A program made the position numbers and the translations under genes. A stretch of 60,547 nucleotides of DNA, the filler included, from Platydemus manokwari (taxonomy: Eukaryota): NCBI GenBank assembly GCA_037951405.1. It is 6 parts of 6 records of this genome, joined end to end, with 100 filler letters (N's around TTAATTAATTAA, not from the genome) between each part and the next. Parts side by side here need not be neighbours in the genome. Positions count along the whole stretch, not along the records: positions 22,464 to 31,750 come from JBBMOY011271762.1; positions 31,851 to 41,954 come from JBBMOY011168880.1; 4 more parts are not named here. One strand, given 5' to 3'. This document shows positions 27,801 through 40,667 of the stretch, piece by piece; within the stretch, counting starts at the first letter, position 1, and every line of letters starts with the position of its first letter. The notes under the pieces are model-generated. The model was not told the DNA's origin, ran no database searches, and was given only the letters and a program-made list of their open reading frames with translations.

Positions 27801-28661
27801 TGCTTGAACTCACTGACGTGTCTCGGTTTGGATTCATATGATGAGAAATCATCTGGATCGAAACTTATCGTATTTGAACGATGTTTCCTCAACTGAATAT
27901 TCATATTGTTTGGCTTTTTGTTAAAATTCATTTGAATACCAACGGAATCGCTCGAATCCGAGCCTATATCATGTAAATGATGAAAATATTGAGACGTTTT
28001 GGTTTATATTTACTTTCGTTAGAACATCTTTTTGATTGACCGGATGTGCAATCTTTGTCAAATAGAGCCAAATTTTTATCAAAATCAAAATCTCCGTCAA
28101 TATCATCAGGAGAAAAGTTCATCCAAGCAGGTTCGTTTATTTGACTTTCAGTACTAACTTTTCTGAATCCAGAATTAAATCCATTGAAACTAGAGTTTTT
28201 AATCAATGAAGATTCTGTAACAAGATTAAATATTAATGAATGAGATGCCATAAGCCGAACTATCTTGTGACATGTTCTGTCGAGTTAAGTTTCGGTTTAC
28301 TGCAGAAGAAGACCCCCCTCTTTTAATGGTGGGAGGTTGGGTTTCTGATGTGTACACATTCAATAACTTTCTATTTGTAGGTGAGGTTATTTCCGCTTTA
28401 ATTTTATTTTGATTTGGAGGTTGAATAAAGTCCATTCCCAAAATTAAATTGATACTAAATAACCAATAATTAATAGTAGATCTCCCAAAACATTGCTAAC
28501 TCAATTCCAACAAATCGTGTAGATACTTTTGCATTACTTAAATTTGCATTTGATAATATAATATTATCATCGGTTATTGATTCAATTTTTCCAGTACAGT
28601 TAAAATCTTTACAATTTAAATTAATCCATCTTCCAACATATTTCACATCTAAATCTGACAT
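23068..28661 (-). CDS. EDC3: Enhancer of mRNA-decapping protein 3, complete 7-exon model (28661-28501, 28454-28261, 28214-28014, 27963-27625, 25499-25220, 24800-24550, 23480-23068)
   Basis: N-terminal LSm fold (YVGRWINLNC...TGKIESI..NIILSNA), FDF motif (DIDGDFDFDKNLALFDK) and C-terminal YjeF_N domain (PVFTVKQRNLLLETACQLG; VPKIVILLGK; LILLCNLNLPEKVF...YQSPFG). All introns are GT-AG and phase-consistent (46, 46, 50 nt and three longer). Confidence 0.9.
24826..24900. repeat. (AAT)n microsatellite in an EDC3 intron
   Basis: Long AAT run. Confidence 0.95.
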
Positions 28662-31600
28662 ACTTAAGCTAAAAAATCAATATGACATTAAAAAATTGAA
28701 AAAACATAAATAAAAAATTTATAAGTTGTATTAAAACAAAATTATTATTCTTCACAATTGACATTTTATTTTAAGATATACAAATTTTTGAATAAAATTA
28801 TTTTTGAATAATGATATACATTTAATTAATTTCATATTTTTTAAATTCTGAATTTTCTAAAATTATTTTTATAATTTCACAAATGCTATTGTCCAGATAG
28901 GTACTAATTTCATAAGTAAATATTCTTTAATAAACACATTTAATTATAAAGAAAAACAATAAAAAATTAACAATGGTCAAATCGGTATCATACTTGGACA
29001 GTGAAACAAAACATGACTGTAAGCTCATACGAAGTGTATGAAAATAGAAATGCCGAAATAGAAAATGGAATATATGGCACGACTTCAATTAAAGGAAAGC
29101 GACAATGAAAAAACACAATACTTGGTAATAGCGGAATAGCTTGAAAAGGGGCTGTGAGAAGCTGAAAGAGAAAATAGAAATAGAACCGGTGAAAAATAAT
29201 CAAAGCTGTAAAGCATCGAGTATAGATTTCGATATCTAACAATTCCAAAATATCAAACAAAAACTTAGTTGAAGATACACCAATCTAAACTTCAACCCAA
29301 TTCAAATTTATAAAAACTATTGTTTGATATTTGAATTATTGATCGAGATTATTATGCGAGTAGTTTAAAAAACAGCTTTTGCGATTACAGGCCTTGGCTC
29401 CGAGGCGAAAAATCATCAAGTTTTTCAAGTTTTTCTCGTTTATCTTTTTTAACCTTTTTCTTTTCTAATACTCTTAACTACCAAATATGACAATATAAAA
29501 ACACTATTGTTTATCTTATAAAATAAAAAAACATACGCAAATCAATAACACAACAAAAAATCTGCAAAGGAAAAATCTATATATCATAAAAAAGAAGAAA
29601 GCACACAAATACAACACAAAAAACAATCCTATATCTTCATAAGAGTTCACAAAGAGAGATTCAATTGCAGAAAAAACTTAATACTGAAAATTTTAATTTC
29701 GGGGCAATGATTTTGAAGTGAATTGTTACACTGATTAACCCTTGAAGATTCGTGTTGAACACTTGACAACTTTCATATAATTTGATGATGTCTATCATAA
29801 TTTATTAGCTGTTAGGGTAGATATATGTTTTGATAATTCCACCAATATCTGACTCGTCACATTGGCGAAGTATAGATGGAGTATATTAATTCGACTAAGA
29901 GATAAATAAAAATAATTAAAGCAGAATAACTTTTATTGAATAGATATCATGTACAATAAGATGATTAAAAATACAATACATTTATTACCGTTTTACTGAT
30001 AGATGTTATTGTTTTCACGCTATCGTGACCTGGAGACTATTAAAAACCAATATTGGGAATTATTTCCACTCAACTCTGGTGAAAAAAGAGATCAAAGAGA
30101 GAGAAAGATGTCAATATTCTTTGAGAACTTTGACGGAGTTAATTTATAAATTAATAACTTACTTTTGAACAATATTATTATTAATATTAATTAATAAAAA
30201 TATATAGATTTACTAATTTCCGTTAGTTCCTTATGGTTCCAATTGTTGTCAAAATTTATTTGTGAATTTTCATAATTTTTTGCTTCATATACTAATTCTT
30301 TATTTGCATTTGTCTCTGATTAATTGTTTGTTATTCATTTTATTGTCGGAACTTTGCAAAAGCAAACTGAAATAAAAAATAACCTTTGCATGGGGTTCTG
30401 TGCCTTTTATGACATTATGTATCAAATATTTTTGTACTCCTTTTATCTTTAAGTTAACCAATATTCAATTTTAACTTGTCAATTCCTGAAACATTATGAA
30501 GGCAGTTTATTAAAATGATATTTATAAAATAATATATTGAATATTCATAATAGTTGCCTTCCATAAATATTTCATGGTCAAAATAATAATTTTTGTAAAA
30601 CTCCATTAAAGAAAAACCCTTTAAAATAAATTTATCCATAAAAAAAACCCGGTAATATATTATCGTGCAGTAACACTGAGAAGATTCAAAAGCAGTGAAT
30701 TAAATATTCAGTCAATTAATTTTATCAGAGGGATTTTCTCTATCTGTATAATAAATTCAATCATGAATAATTTCTTTCCGGGATAAATAAATTAAAGCTT
30801 GAAAACAATAAATGTGTTACAGAGCTGAATCAAAATCTAAATCTCAAGTATCTAATTCTCAATCAGTTCAGTCGCTTTGCTTCAATATCAGTCTTTTATT
30901 TCTCAATTAGCTCAATTGCCTCAATCTTCGCAACAATGAATTGATTCATCTCCTCAATCCCAGTCCTCTGTATACTAGAAGATAGGATCCCAATCCAATA
31001 CAAAATTCTTCTACCAAAGCTTCAATCCAATTGAAAAGTAGTCATTAATGATTCATGATTTTGTGATTTTACTTTTGATTAGACTTCTGATTTTACACTT
31101 TGACTATAATCTTTGACTATTTGTATTTTGCATGAACAAAACATGTATATAATTTATGGTAAAATTATATTAAGAAAAGAAAATCTATGACTAGTGAAAT
31201 TATTTTGAAAATATATTTTTGAGAGTTGTTGGGATTTTATGAGATAAGATGATACTAAATAAAATTATAACAAAATTTTGGTGTTTGGGTACCATAAAAT
31301 ATAACGATCAGATTTAGGATAGTATAAAAGTAGGTTGCGATTTGGTTCCCACAGAATCTGCTCTAATCAGATACGTATGAAGTGTTCGAATCACTCTCGT
31401 GCGATAATAATAATAATATTTAAAATATAAGTATAGGTAAAATATGAGTATCTCCTGAAAATGAATTATTAAACAGACAATTATGATAAAATACGTTTAT
31501 TAATAATAAATCAAATTTTAATGTACACTTCAAGATACTATTGTGAACCCTTCAGGAAAAAAAGTCAGGTGTGCCCAACTAGTTGGCAAGACACCCCTGT

Positions 31601-31750
31601 GGATAAAAAAGAAAGTGGGAGATAAAGTTTGTTTCGTCAAAATGCTTCGTGAATAAATAATTTGAGAAAATTTCTTCGTGCTGAAATAATAGCTTGTAAT
31701 ACAGTGCGAGTATGAAAAAGTGCAATCAAAATGAATTTGCTTGCTCTTAT

Positions 31751-31850
31751 NNNNNNNNNNNNNNNNNNNNNNNNNNNNNNNNNNNNNNNNNNNNTTAATT
31801 AATTAANNNNNNNNNNNNNNNNNNNNNNNNNNNNNNNNNNNNNNNNNNNN
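31751..31850. other. Artificial contig linker N44-TTAATTAATTAA-N44
   Basis: Same 100-nt spacer. Confidence 0.97.
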
Positions 31851-32231
31851 TTGGTGAATGAAGGATTCGTGTTAAGGAAATGTGTGGAGAAGTTATCGAT
31901 ATTCAATTGGAATGTTGATAAGAGTAGAGAAATGTTATTGAGAGAAATAGGTGAGCAATTTTAATTAATAATATGATGTAATAAAGGCATGTTTTGAAAT
32001 ATATTGTATTGATTTGATTAAGGTTTTATTATCAATATCGATTATCGATTTTATCATTTGATTTTTTAAAATATCTCGAATATTGATATTTGATTTATTA
32101 ATAATTCTATTTTTATTCATTGACTAAAATAATTATTAAAAATCAATAAATAATATTATTGGTTAATAAATCAATTTATTTATAATTATTCTCTTATTTA
32201 AACAATAAAATCAGAATATTTCAGATCAGAC

Positions 32232-32882
32232 ATGAATAATATCGATTCAAAGTTCTCATTATTCATTCAATCAATTGGATTTCATTTAAATACACCACAG
32301 AAAGTCATCAATTTAGCCATCATATTATTTCAACAATTCATACAAAACCATCAACACAATGCTACATGTTTGGTTGCTATGGCTTCATTGAATTTAGCTT
32401 ATACTTTCAGCGATTTGGATATGAGTAAATTAAAAGTATTGACTGCAGGTTATAAAATCAGTGGAGTAACACTTGAATCAATCAATATCATTTCCAAACT
32501 CATGAATAATATGGAAGGATTGATGTTTCAACAGATCGGACTTGATCGAATCATAGAAATAGATAAACAGTTAAATGTATCAGATATTTTACAATCAAAT
32601 CAATTCGATATCGATGTTTCCAATAATGCTCAATGGATTTTCGTGTCAATGTTATGGTTGAGTGATTTATCAAGCAAATATTCACCAAGAACATTGTTTA
32701 TTGGCAGTTTAACGATATCTCACAACTGGTTACAAAGCACGAAACAATATGTTTTAGAACCGGGATTGGAAAAAGACGTTGAAGAAATCACAAAGGTTTT
32801 CAATGAGATTTATTTCTCCATTCCGAAAGATATTTCAGAAGAATACACAAAAATGAAATCAATATTTGAAAACGGGAAATGA
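32232..32882 (+). CDS. Intronless divergent cyclin-fold protein (cyclin Q/FAM58 or cyclin K/L/T-like), 216 aa
   Basis: Cyclin-box pattern FIQSIGFHLN.PQKVINLAIILFQQF...LVAMASLNLA...MEGLMFQQIG; second repeat AQWIF...SDLSSKYSPRTLFIGSL. ATG in clean context; AATAAA just after the stop. Confidence 0.7.
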   Translation: MNNIDSKFSLFIQSIGFHLNTPQKVINLAIILFQQFIQNHQHNATCLVAMASLNLAYTFSDLDMSKLKVLTAGYKISGVTLESINIISKLMNNMEGLMFQQIGLDRIIEIDKQLNVSDILQSNQFDIDVSNNAQWIFVSMLWLSDLSSKYSPRTLFIGSLTISHNWLQSTKQYVLEPGLEKDVEEITKVFNEIYFSIPKDISEEYTKMKSIFENGK

Positions 32883-33283
32883 GTAAAATAAAATGTGTTC
32901 CTCAATAATATTCTCTTTTAAGTAATTAATAATAATAATAATAATTATTATTATTATTATTATGTCATTAATAAAAGATTAATATTAGTAAAATTTATTA
33001 CTATTATTGTCGATTATAAACTCCTATATAATTTTTCTCGTAGTTCTTGCATTCCAGAAATCCCTTAGCTTATTTGGTTCCTTTCAAGAATTAAATCAAT
33101 TCTAATATTTATCTAAAATATATTTATTGAAAACAAAAAATTTCATGAAAGATTTTTTGAAAACAAAAGCCAAAAGTGCAAGTGGATGAATTTGATGGTA
33201 ATTGGAATGTAAACAAATTAAATAAACTTTTAATTGATAAACAAATTAACAACTCTTTGAATATTTGGGTGAAATCAGCTTTA

Positions 33284-33368
33284 CAATGCATAATATATCA
33301 ATGCATAATATATCAATGCATAATATATCAATGCATAATATATCAATAATAATATCAATAATAATATC
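33284..33368. repeat. 15-bp tandem repeat (CAATGCATAATATAT)x4 plus degenerate 12-bp units
   Basis: Directly visible tandem units. Confidence 0.92.
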
Positions 33369-33564
33369 TGCAAATTCGCATTGAAGAAAAACACATTAAA
33401 ATCCCTAAATAATAAATAGATTTACAAAATAAAAACAAGCAACATATTATCGCGCAATAACATTGACAAATAAATTACTATCTATTAACGCTCATTTAAA
33501 TTTAGACAATTAAATTAAAATTAATTAAATTTAATTATAGACAAATTTTCTTTAAATAATAAAT

Positions 33565-34260
33565 TTAATTGGAGAGAATTTCTCTGTCCGATAAATAAAT
33601 TCCATTGAGAAAATTTAATCTGCATAGAATATCACTACCCACATAAAGCAGGAGTCACACACAATCATACATTTCTGAAGATTTTATATATGGGGGAAAG
33701 AACCAGGATTTTACTGGAAGAAGCTGCAGTCTGATACATTTATAACATCTGTAATTTCTTACTACCGAGATGTGTTTCAGAACGCTTTTAGTATACGGTT
33801 TTTCTCTAACAGCGTGGAGCATATCAACAGCATCTTTCACGAGAGAAGTTTTTAAGGTTCGTTAGAGGTTGATGTATCAATTGTAATTTTTATTTTTATT
33901 ATTGTTATCTAATTTGCATCGGTGTTGATCGTTTGTAGTCGCAACCCTTAGTTAAATCTAAAAATCTATTCATATAACGAGAATAAATAATTAAAATTAC
34001 GCATCCTTCATAGCTACCGTTTAAAATGCTTGAAGAGTCTACACAAACTGACTGTTCAAGCATTTTAAACCATAGCTATGAAGCTTAATTTGAATTCTAC
34101 TACTCACTACTTACACAATTGTGTTTATTTCTATGTATATCTACTAACATTCTCAATTGTGGCGGATATTAAATGTTTTCTATTTTTATGTTCTCGGCAA
34201 CAAACGTTATTAATAGCGATAGATCTGAATTTAGGTTTTGCATCGGCATCTGATCAATAA
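33565..34260 (-). mobile_element. Penelope-like element remnant (GIY-YIG region)
   Basis: NYRCYKC...YDC/CDS..VVIF...LFIGQRNSL resembles the Cys-rich linker and GIY-YIG motif of PLEs; KPKFRSIA upstream resembles the PLE RT KFRxI motif. A second copy lies at about 39530-39790. Confidence 0.5.
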
Positions 34261-34486
34261 TAATCCAACAGATAACTGCTAAAATGAATAATTGTCTACA
34301 AAATAACCAATAATTTACAAAATATTTTAGTTTTTAATGATGAAATTGTGATTGTATATTTTATATCACGATTCGACATTCAATGTTTTAAATCTCTCAC
34401 CCATTATCTTTTGAAATTATTTACAAGCTCTGCTATTCATTTTATAAAATCTCAATTTTTCATTTTGATAATATTTCATTTACTTT

Positions 34487-34880
34487 AAGTCCATGTAAGA
34501 TTGTTGCACAACCATCCAATAGGTTCCAATCATCACGTTGTTCCTCCTAAAACCACTGAGGCATCACTGAATCAAGTAATTCTTTCAAAATTGACCAAGA
34601 TAATATCATATAATAAAAATGCAGTTCTCCAATGGTTATCATTTGGTAACAAAATCGATAAGTATAATGCAACTCAATTTGTGAAAACATTGATTGAAAA
34701 TGGATAAAGGTAATTTAAAATATTTGTTTATTAAAAATAAAATCTACTGGATATATTTATCTACAATAGGAATATATTGAATAATATTTCTATGGATACC
34801 ATCGCAACCACGAAACTGCATTAGATATTGAGAGTAATACAAGGTAAATATAGGTATTAAGATGATTTTATATGGCTTAT
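34487..34880 (+). mobile_element. Dispersed repeat / probable Penelope-like RT remnant (homolog of 41641-41954)
   Basis: Clear nucleotide match to 41641-41954; downstream ISMDT...KYRY*DDF resembles RT motifs GIxMG and RYxDD. Confidence 0.5.
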
Positions 34881-35139
34881 CAAATTTTATGGTTTTTGTT
34901 TTATTAGAGGAGAACAAAATTTAATGAAAGATTAAGGAATATTAATGATGGCTGCCCTTATATAATTTGAAATAGCATATGCACTTGGTACTTGTCTGGT
35001 AACAATGACGAAAGGAGTTCTCGCTTTCATCATTGGACTAAATATACATATAAAAGGAAAACCACTCTTTGTCATTGGCTTTAACTCAAAATTCATGAAG
35101 TCTTTAAAGGTTATCGAGTCGATCCTGAACTTTTTGAAT

Positions 35140-35600
35140 TTATGATTAGAGCTAGGAATAATCTTCTGAAATTAAACTTTCATCTACATAGTGATTTGTC
35201 AATTACTTATCGAAGATGTGATTCATCGGATAAATTTATTGCACGTGTTTTTATTCTGTGTCGTGCAACCCCAAAACTTACTTATGCTTGTCACAGTGCT
35301 GTATTAGTTACAAGTAGTTCTTTTCTTCGCTCTTGTGGGCTTGATGTTGACCATCACCTGTTGAGTTTACCCTCAAATTTACGCCTTGACATTATTCTCA
35401 TTAATTTAAAGAAAAAGCTTACTGTAATCTTGGACTTGGCAGAAAATTTTAAGACGAATCCTTCCAATAATCGAGATAAATATACATAACTCCCTGTTCT
35501 TAATTGCAGGCGTAATAAACCCGAGACTTACCTTGGTGTCATAAATCTTGGTATTTTTGGTTCTTAGGATCCTAATTAACATCATGAAAACTGTCATATC
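35140..35600 (+). mobile_element. Degenerate RLE-encoding non-LTR retrotransposon, second copy
   Basis: IRARNNLL, decayed knuckle (YRRC...C), CHSAV (RH motif), LRLDIILINLKKKLTVILD...DKY...LGIFGS*DP. Collinear with 3821-4680. Confidence 0.75.
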
Positions 35601-36227
35601 ACACATCACCTCATCATCTCAATCATTCGTAACAAAAATAACTCAAAATTAGCGATCTTTACTTTCACTTACCGAGTTTTATTTCTCTGACTCCAGACTT
35701 GACAAACCTCACCGATCTTGGACTCTTCCTCGGAGGTATTAAATAATTAAAAACCATTTTAATCGAGTGGTTGTACATATATTTCATTTATTCTCCTGGA
35801 TGGATCAGTTTAAAATTTAATCAAGAATGAAAGGAAATCCGATAGTCGGTCACAACCATCGTTGATTCTTAGGTAATAGATGATCTGTTATCAAACGTAT
35901 GAAAAATATCCTTCAGGACCCGGTGAATGATTGACATCAAACGGTTCTGCTTTTAGGTCAATCCACTTTTCAACAATTCGTCAGATCGCAGCCAGCCAAA
36001 TATAATTGGTCAATCCACCAATTGAGGAGATTGCTGCCTATCAGTGACAATCTATGTATCTAAACAATATTTGCTATCTCTATATGTGTGCTACAATCAA
36101 GTAGTTTTTTGACTGTTTGTGCACTTATCTGGTCATATGTTTTGTTACGAATGATTTATTTTCCAAATATAATTTTGTCAAATATTTAATATCATAGTAA
36201 ATATCATTTCCAAATAATCAAAACAAC

Positions 36228-39200
36228 CTTTGTAGAATAATCGAATTATCGAGTGTTGCAATGGAATATTTGATCCATGGAGCATGGACAATAACTTTTT
36301 GACCTCTGATAGGATATACGTTTGGATCATTACACAAATGTCGAGATCCTAGTCCAGAACAATTAATAATCAATGGGAAATTTTCAATTGATTGAACCTA
36401 TAGAAGCACAATCAATCATTGATTCGAATATATTTATTGATTTATAATAACGAATGATTTAATCAATAATAAATCATTTCTATCCAATCACTTGTTATCA
36501 TTGACATTTAATTTCATTTCTTTTAATTTTATATAGAATAATTATTTATTGATTATCTGTTATTACATAAACTGAATCAATAAATTTATCATTTAAACAT
36601 ACTTGATCGAAATTTCCAACTTTGTATATATTGATTTTTCCGCCTAATGAAAGAAATCTAAACATAATTCATGGAAATGAAATACATTTTAACTCGAATC
36701 AACTCACTTGTCATGATAAAATGATAGAAATAATCGAGTTTGTAGTACAATTGAAGTAGAAGCAATGCCATATCTAAAGATTAAAATGATTGTTATAATG
36801 GCTTATAATGGAGATTAGTGTAGCACAATAACACGAGACCAATATTTATTTATTAATAAAATAATATAATAATAATATTATCTCTATTATTCTTATAGGA
36901 TTTATAAATCATCTGAAGAATATTATAAAATTTATGACAAAGATAAGAAAGAAAACAAAATATCAGATGAAATTGATAAATGTACGCGTTAATAAATAGC
37001 TGTGAGTTAAAATGGTTCAAGAAGTCTAATATGTGATTGGATTTTTCAGGAATTCGTTTCGATAACTATTATTAGAAATGAATTTATCGTTAGATTACCA
37101 TTTATGACATCGTTTCTTTATTTCTTCACGTGGAATTAAAGTAAAATTAAATTTAAATCAATACAGGCACATTGTTAAGACATACTTGTAATGTGCAAAT
37201 CGTTCGAGCTCTCTTTCATTCATGAAGCGACTCATATCAACAATCTCGTTGAAAAAGTCCATCTGAAATTGTATAACAGCTATCATAAATCAATCGATTA
37301 TTTTTATCAGAAAATAAATAAATTCATCCAATGAAACCATGTTAGCATTGACATTATTTTGTTAACTTATTATTCATTAGTATTTATATTGAGATAATTT
37401 TATTATTTATTATTTATTTATATTATTTATTATGATAATAGTTTACCAATTACAACACCAAATACTGTAAATCAAAATACTCATTTCGAGTGTTTAGTGC
37501 GAGATTTATAAGAATAAAGAATAATAAATACAAAACATCACGATTTAAAGACAGAACACATTTTCTTATAATTTGCACTCGAAATGATTTAATATGGCAA
37601 GGAAAATGATGCATTTTTGTGAGTCGGTTCTGCTTTATAAAGCACATGAGACAAATGAATATTTAACTGCAATTATATAAACAAATAATATTATAATATA
37701 AATTCCGGATATAAATCTCTTTGATATGAATTGATTTTTAGAACTCTCTCAGGAACCATTATTGTAAATATAATTCAATTATGTCAGCACGTTTAAAAAT
37801 CGTTAACATACGCAATAAAAATTGAGATACACTGTTATAGTGGATTTAGGTTTCTATATAAATCGTTAAATGCCAGCATATGAAAATGTTAATCAAATAG
37901 CCATTATAATAAAATATCAACACGGCATCTATATTTATTTATTATTTTGATATCAAACCAGATTATTGTAATTATAATTTCATCGACAAATATAATAATA
38001 TAAATAAAATATAAAACCAATTAGAAATGTAAATTGATGAATGAAAGACCAAGTTTAAAGTTGTATTTTATATAAAGTGCAGTTATTTTGTAAAGAATCG
38101 AAAACCCGGTAATATTCCTTACAGTTTTCATGGCATGATTTATTATTTGATAAGATAGGATCACGAGCGACCTTTATCCATTAACTTCAATATTGTTTAT
38201 AAGATTAGATCATTTATTTACGAAAGATTTACAAAAAATCATTATTATTTAACATTATATATTATGTTTATGGCTTATTTTTTCGATTTAAATCAATAAA
38301 CACCTTTCAATATAGCTATGACATCATTAAGAACACACGCGTAATAAACTTTATAATTATCAATTCTATGATGATTTGTCGATGACAGTAGCATCTATTG
38401 TGTTTCACAAAATAATGCCCCCACATTTCAATACAGTAATGAAGTGGATAAATGATAGGAATACAGTTTCATTTGTTTACAATCGATATTTGAATACCAA
38501 ATTGTAACAAATCAGCACCATTTATTAAAACGAAATTTCGGCACAAAATTTAAATATCGAATGAATACCAGCAGAAACATAATTAACAGATGAACACAAG
38601 CATATTTTGAAATTGAGAGAGTAAATCGATCTCAAAATAATCAATAACAACATTAAATCATTTTTTAATTCGACTGATAAGAGCTTTGTGATAAAAAAGA
38701 TTGTCTAATTTGAATCTATCAAAAAATCTTATTACTGAAACTGTTCTTGTTTCTGATTGGTTGATCTATTTTTAATTTGCTTGTGGTGAATATTTTTGTG
38801 CATTTTTATATTAAAATCTTATTCAGACGAGTTTCATTGAGAAGTAGTTTCGTGTTATTTATTTCCGATTGATTAAAAATATTATTTAAATAAGCGATAT
38901 TCTCCAAATTAAATAATCAATACAATATCGATATACCAAATACAAGAAATTGATTTGTGTTAAAAATTATTTGATGAGAAACATTTCATCACTTCCATTG
39001 GTTCATTGCTCAACTCGAACAGGTCAAGATAAAATAAACCATATTTTGAATGGTCTGGGTCAGTGGCAATCATCTCCTATAAAGATTCATATGTCACCAG
39101 CAACCATTTTCTAGTAATCCATTGAAAATTAAATCAAATTTTTTTTTCTGAAATATTATTTCAATTACTTTAATCTTTGATCGGATTGCGACGTATAGAC

Positions 39201-39350
39201 AGGCCTCCATAATCCTACCGCCACATCACCTGTTGTATTGGGAGACAAAGCTTCGGCATAAATAGTGACGTCTACATCAAGAATTGTTTCCAAGATATTT
39301 ATACCGACCGATAAGCCATTGATCCCACCACCAACAATTGCTACTTTCGT
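36228..39350 (-). pseudogene. DAO: D-amino-acid oxidase / D-aspartate oxidase copy B: exons 39350-39169, 39110-38993, 37262-37186, 36773-36708, 36657-36603, 36397-36228; ACG start, in-frame TAG, 3' exons absent
   Basis: (T)KVAIVGGGINGLSVG (FAD-binding GxGxxG), SPNTTGDVAVGLWRP, IINCSGLGSRHLC.D..VYPIRGQ...VHAPWIK. All splice sites are GT-AG and in phase. The start reads ACG right after an in-frame TAA, and there is a TAG at 39077-39079. Confidence 0.8.
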
Positions 39351-39529
39351 TTATAAGATTTATTTATTTAATTTAATTTTTTAAAATTATTCTCAGAGAT
39401 AATATTATTAGTTACCTAATTTAAACAAAACTTTCTTAAAGATTTGTTTATAAATTGTTTACGGAAAAGATGTTGTAAAATATAATCATGAAATATTGAA
39501 GACCAGGATCCCATATATGTCAATTATTT

Positions 39530-39790
39530 TACTGGAAGACTTACAGTAGGATACATTTATATAAACTACTGATAAATATTATAACACCTGTAATTTCCTA
39601 CTACCGAGATGTGTCTCAAATCGCTTTCGGTTTTTCCCGTTTTTCGAAGAGCGTGGGGAATTTAAACATTATCTTTAATCAGAGAGGTTTTTAAGGTTCG
39701 TTATAAGTTGATGTGTAGTGTAATATCAAAGTTCATTTGTAATTTTTATTTTATTATTGTTAGCCAATTTGCATCGGTGTTAATCGTAAA
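39530..39790 (-). mobile_element. Second copy of the Penelope-like fragment at 33700-33930
   Basis: Shared strings ctgtaatttc.tactaccgagatgtgt, gtttttaaggttcgtta and aatttgcatcggtgtt. Confidence 0.75.
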
Positions 39791-40667
39791 TAAACAAATG
39801 TAATAACAAGTCGTAGTAATTTATTAAATAGAGATCATAAATAATTGCTCATTGTCATTGGTACTATAGTTACTTGAAAATTCACATTTAAAGCTTTTCT
39901 GCACACAGAGAATTTGGACTATGATCTTTATATTATTGTGTCACTGTCTATTCTTTGAGGAATCTACCTTATTAACTTATTCAGAAGGAAGAAAGGTTGA
40001 TTATTTATATAAAAGTTCTATTAATCATAGTATTCATAATAATAAATTTATTAATAAGCTAATTTCGTATACTCAATATTTCTTATTAAACGAAGCGTTA
40101 GTAGACTTCGGACTCCTAGCTAAACCATTTGTTCTAAATTGTGTTCTTAATAACAGTAGTGGAGATCACGTTGTAATCATATATTATCAAAGCTATTGAT
40201 TTGTGTTTTCAATTTAGAGAAACTAAGAGTTCACTCAGTCCTTCTATTTATTTTAATAATTTCAAACTTAGCTCTAATCAACATTGGGATTGAGCATTAA
40301 ACACTCATATCAAAATTAGCTTTCGAGTTAAAAGAAAGAACCATTAGATTCATTCAGTAAAATAATTCCAATAGCGTGATCCTTAACACCCGTTAATGAA
40401 GTCATATAAGAACCAATTTAGAAGAAAACTGACAAGGATAATTATCAAAATAATATAAATATATTAAAACATCATCAACCTAATATTTAATAAAATTTAT
40501 TTCAAATTTCCGATAGAAAAAGAAGTCTCAAATCAAGTAAATTATTTTAATAAAACATTGAAATATTTCAAAAGATAAAATCTAAAAATCTAATCATGTA
40601 ATGAGAATTCTTAATAAGGTTTCCATAAAATCAGACGAGACGAAATCATTAAAAATTAACAATAAAA

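Noticed and set aside
28988-29260. 90-aa hydrophobic minus-strand ORF (also 9059-9373, 15125-15367, 45435-45767)
   Set aside because: Ile/Phe/Leu-rich composition expected from AT-rich or low-complexity DNA; no motifs or splice support.
31342-31353. TGGTTCCCACA as a tRNA-Glu primer-binding site
   Set aside because: Only about 11 nt match, no LTR ending in CA beside it, and no same-strand gag/pol downstream.
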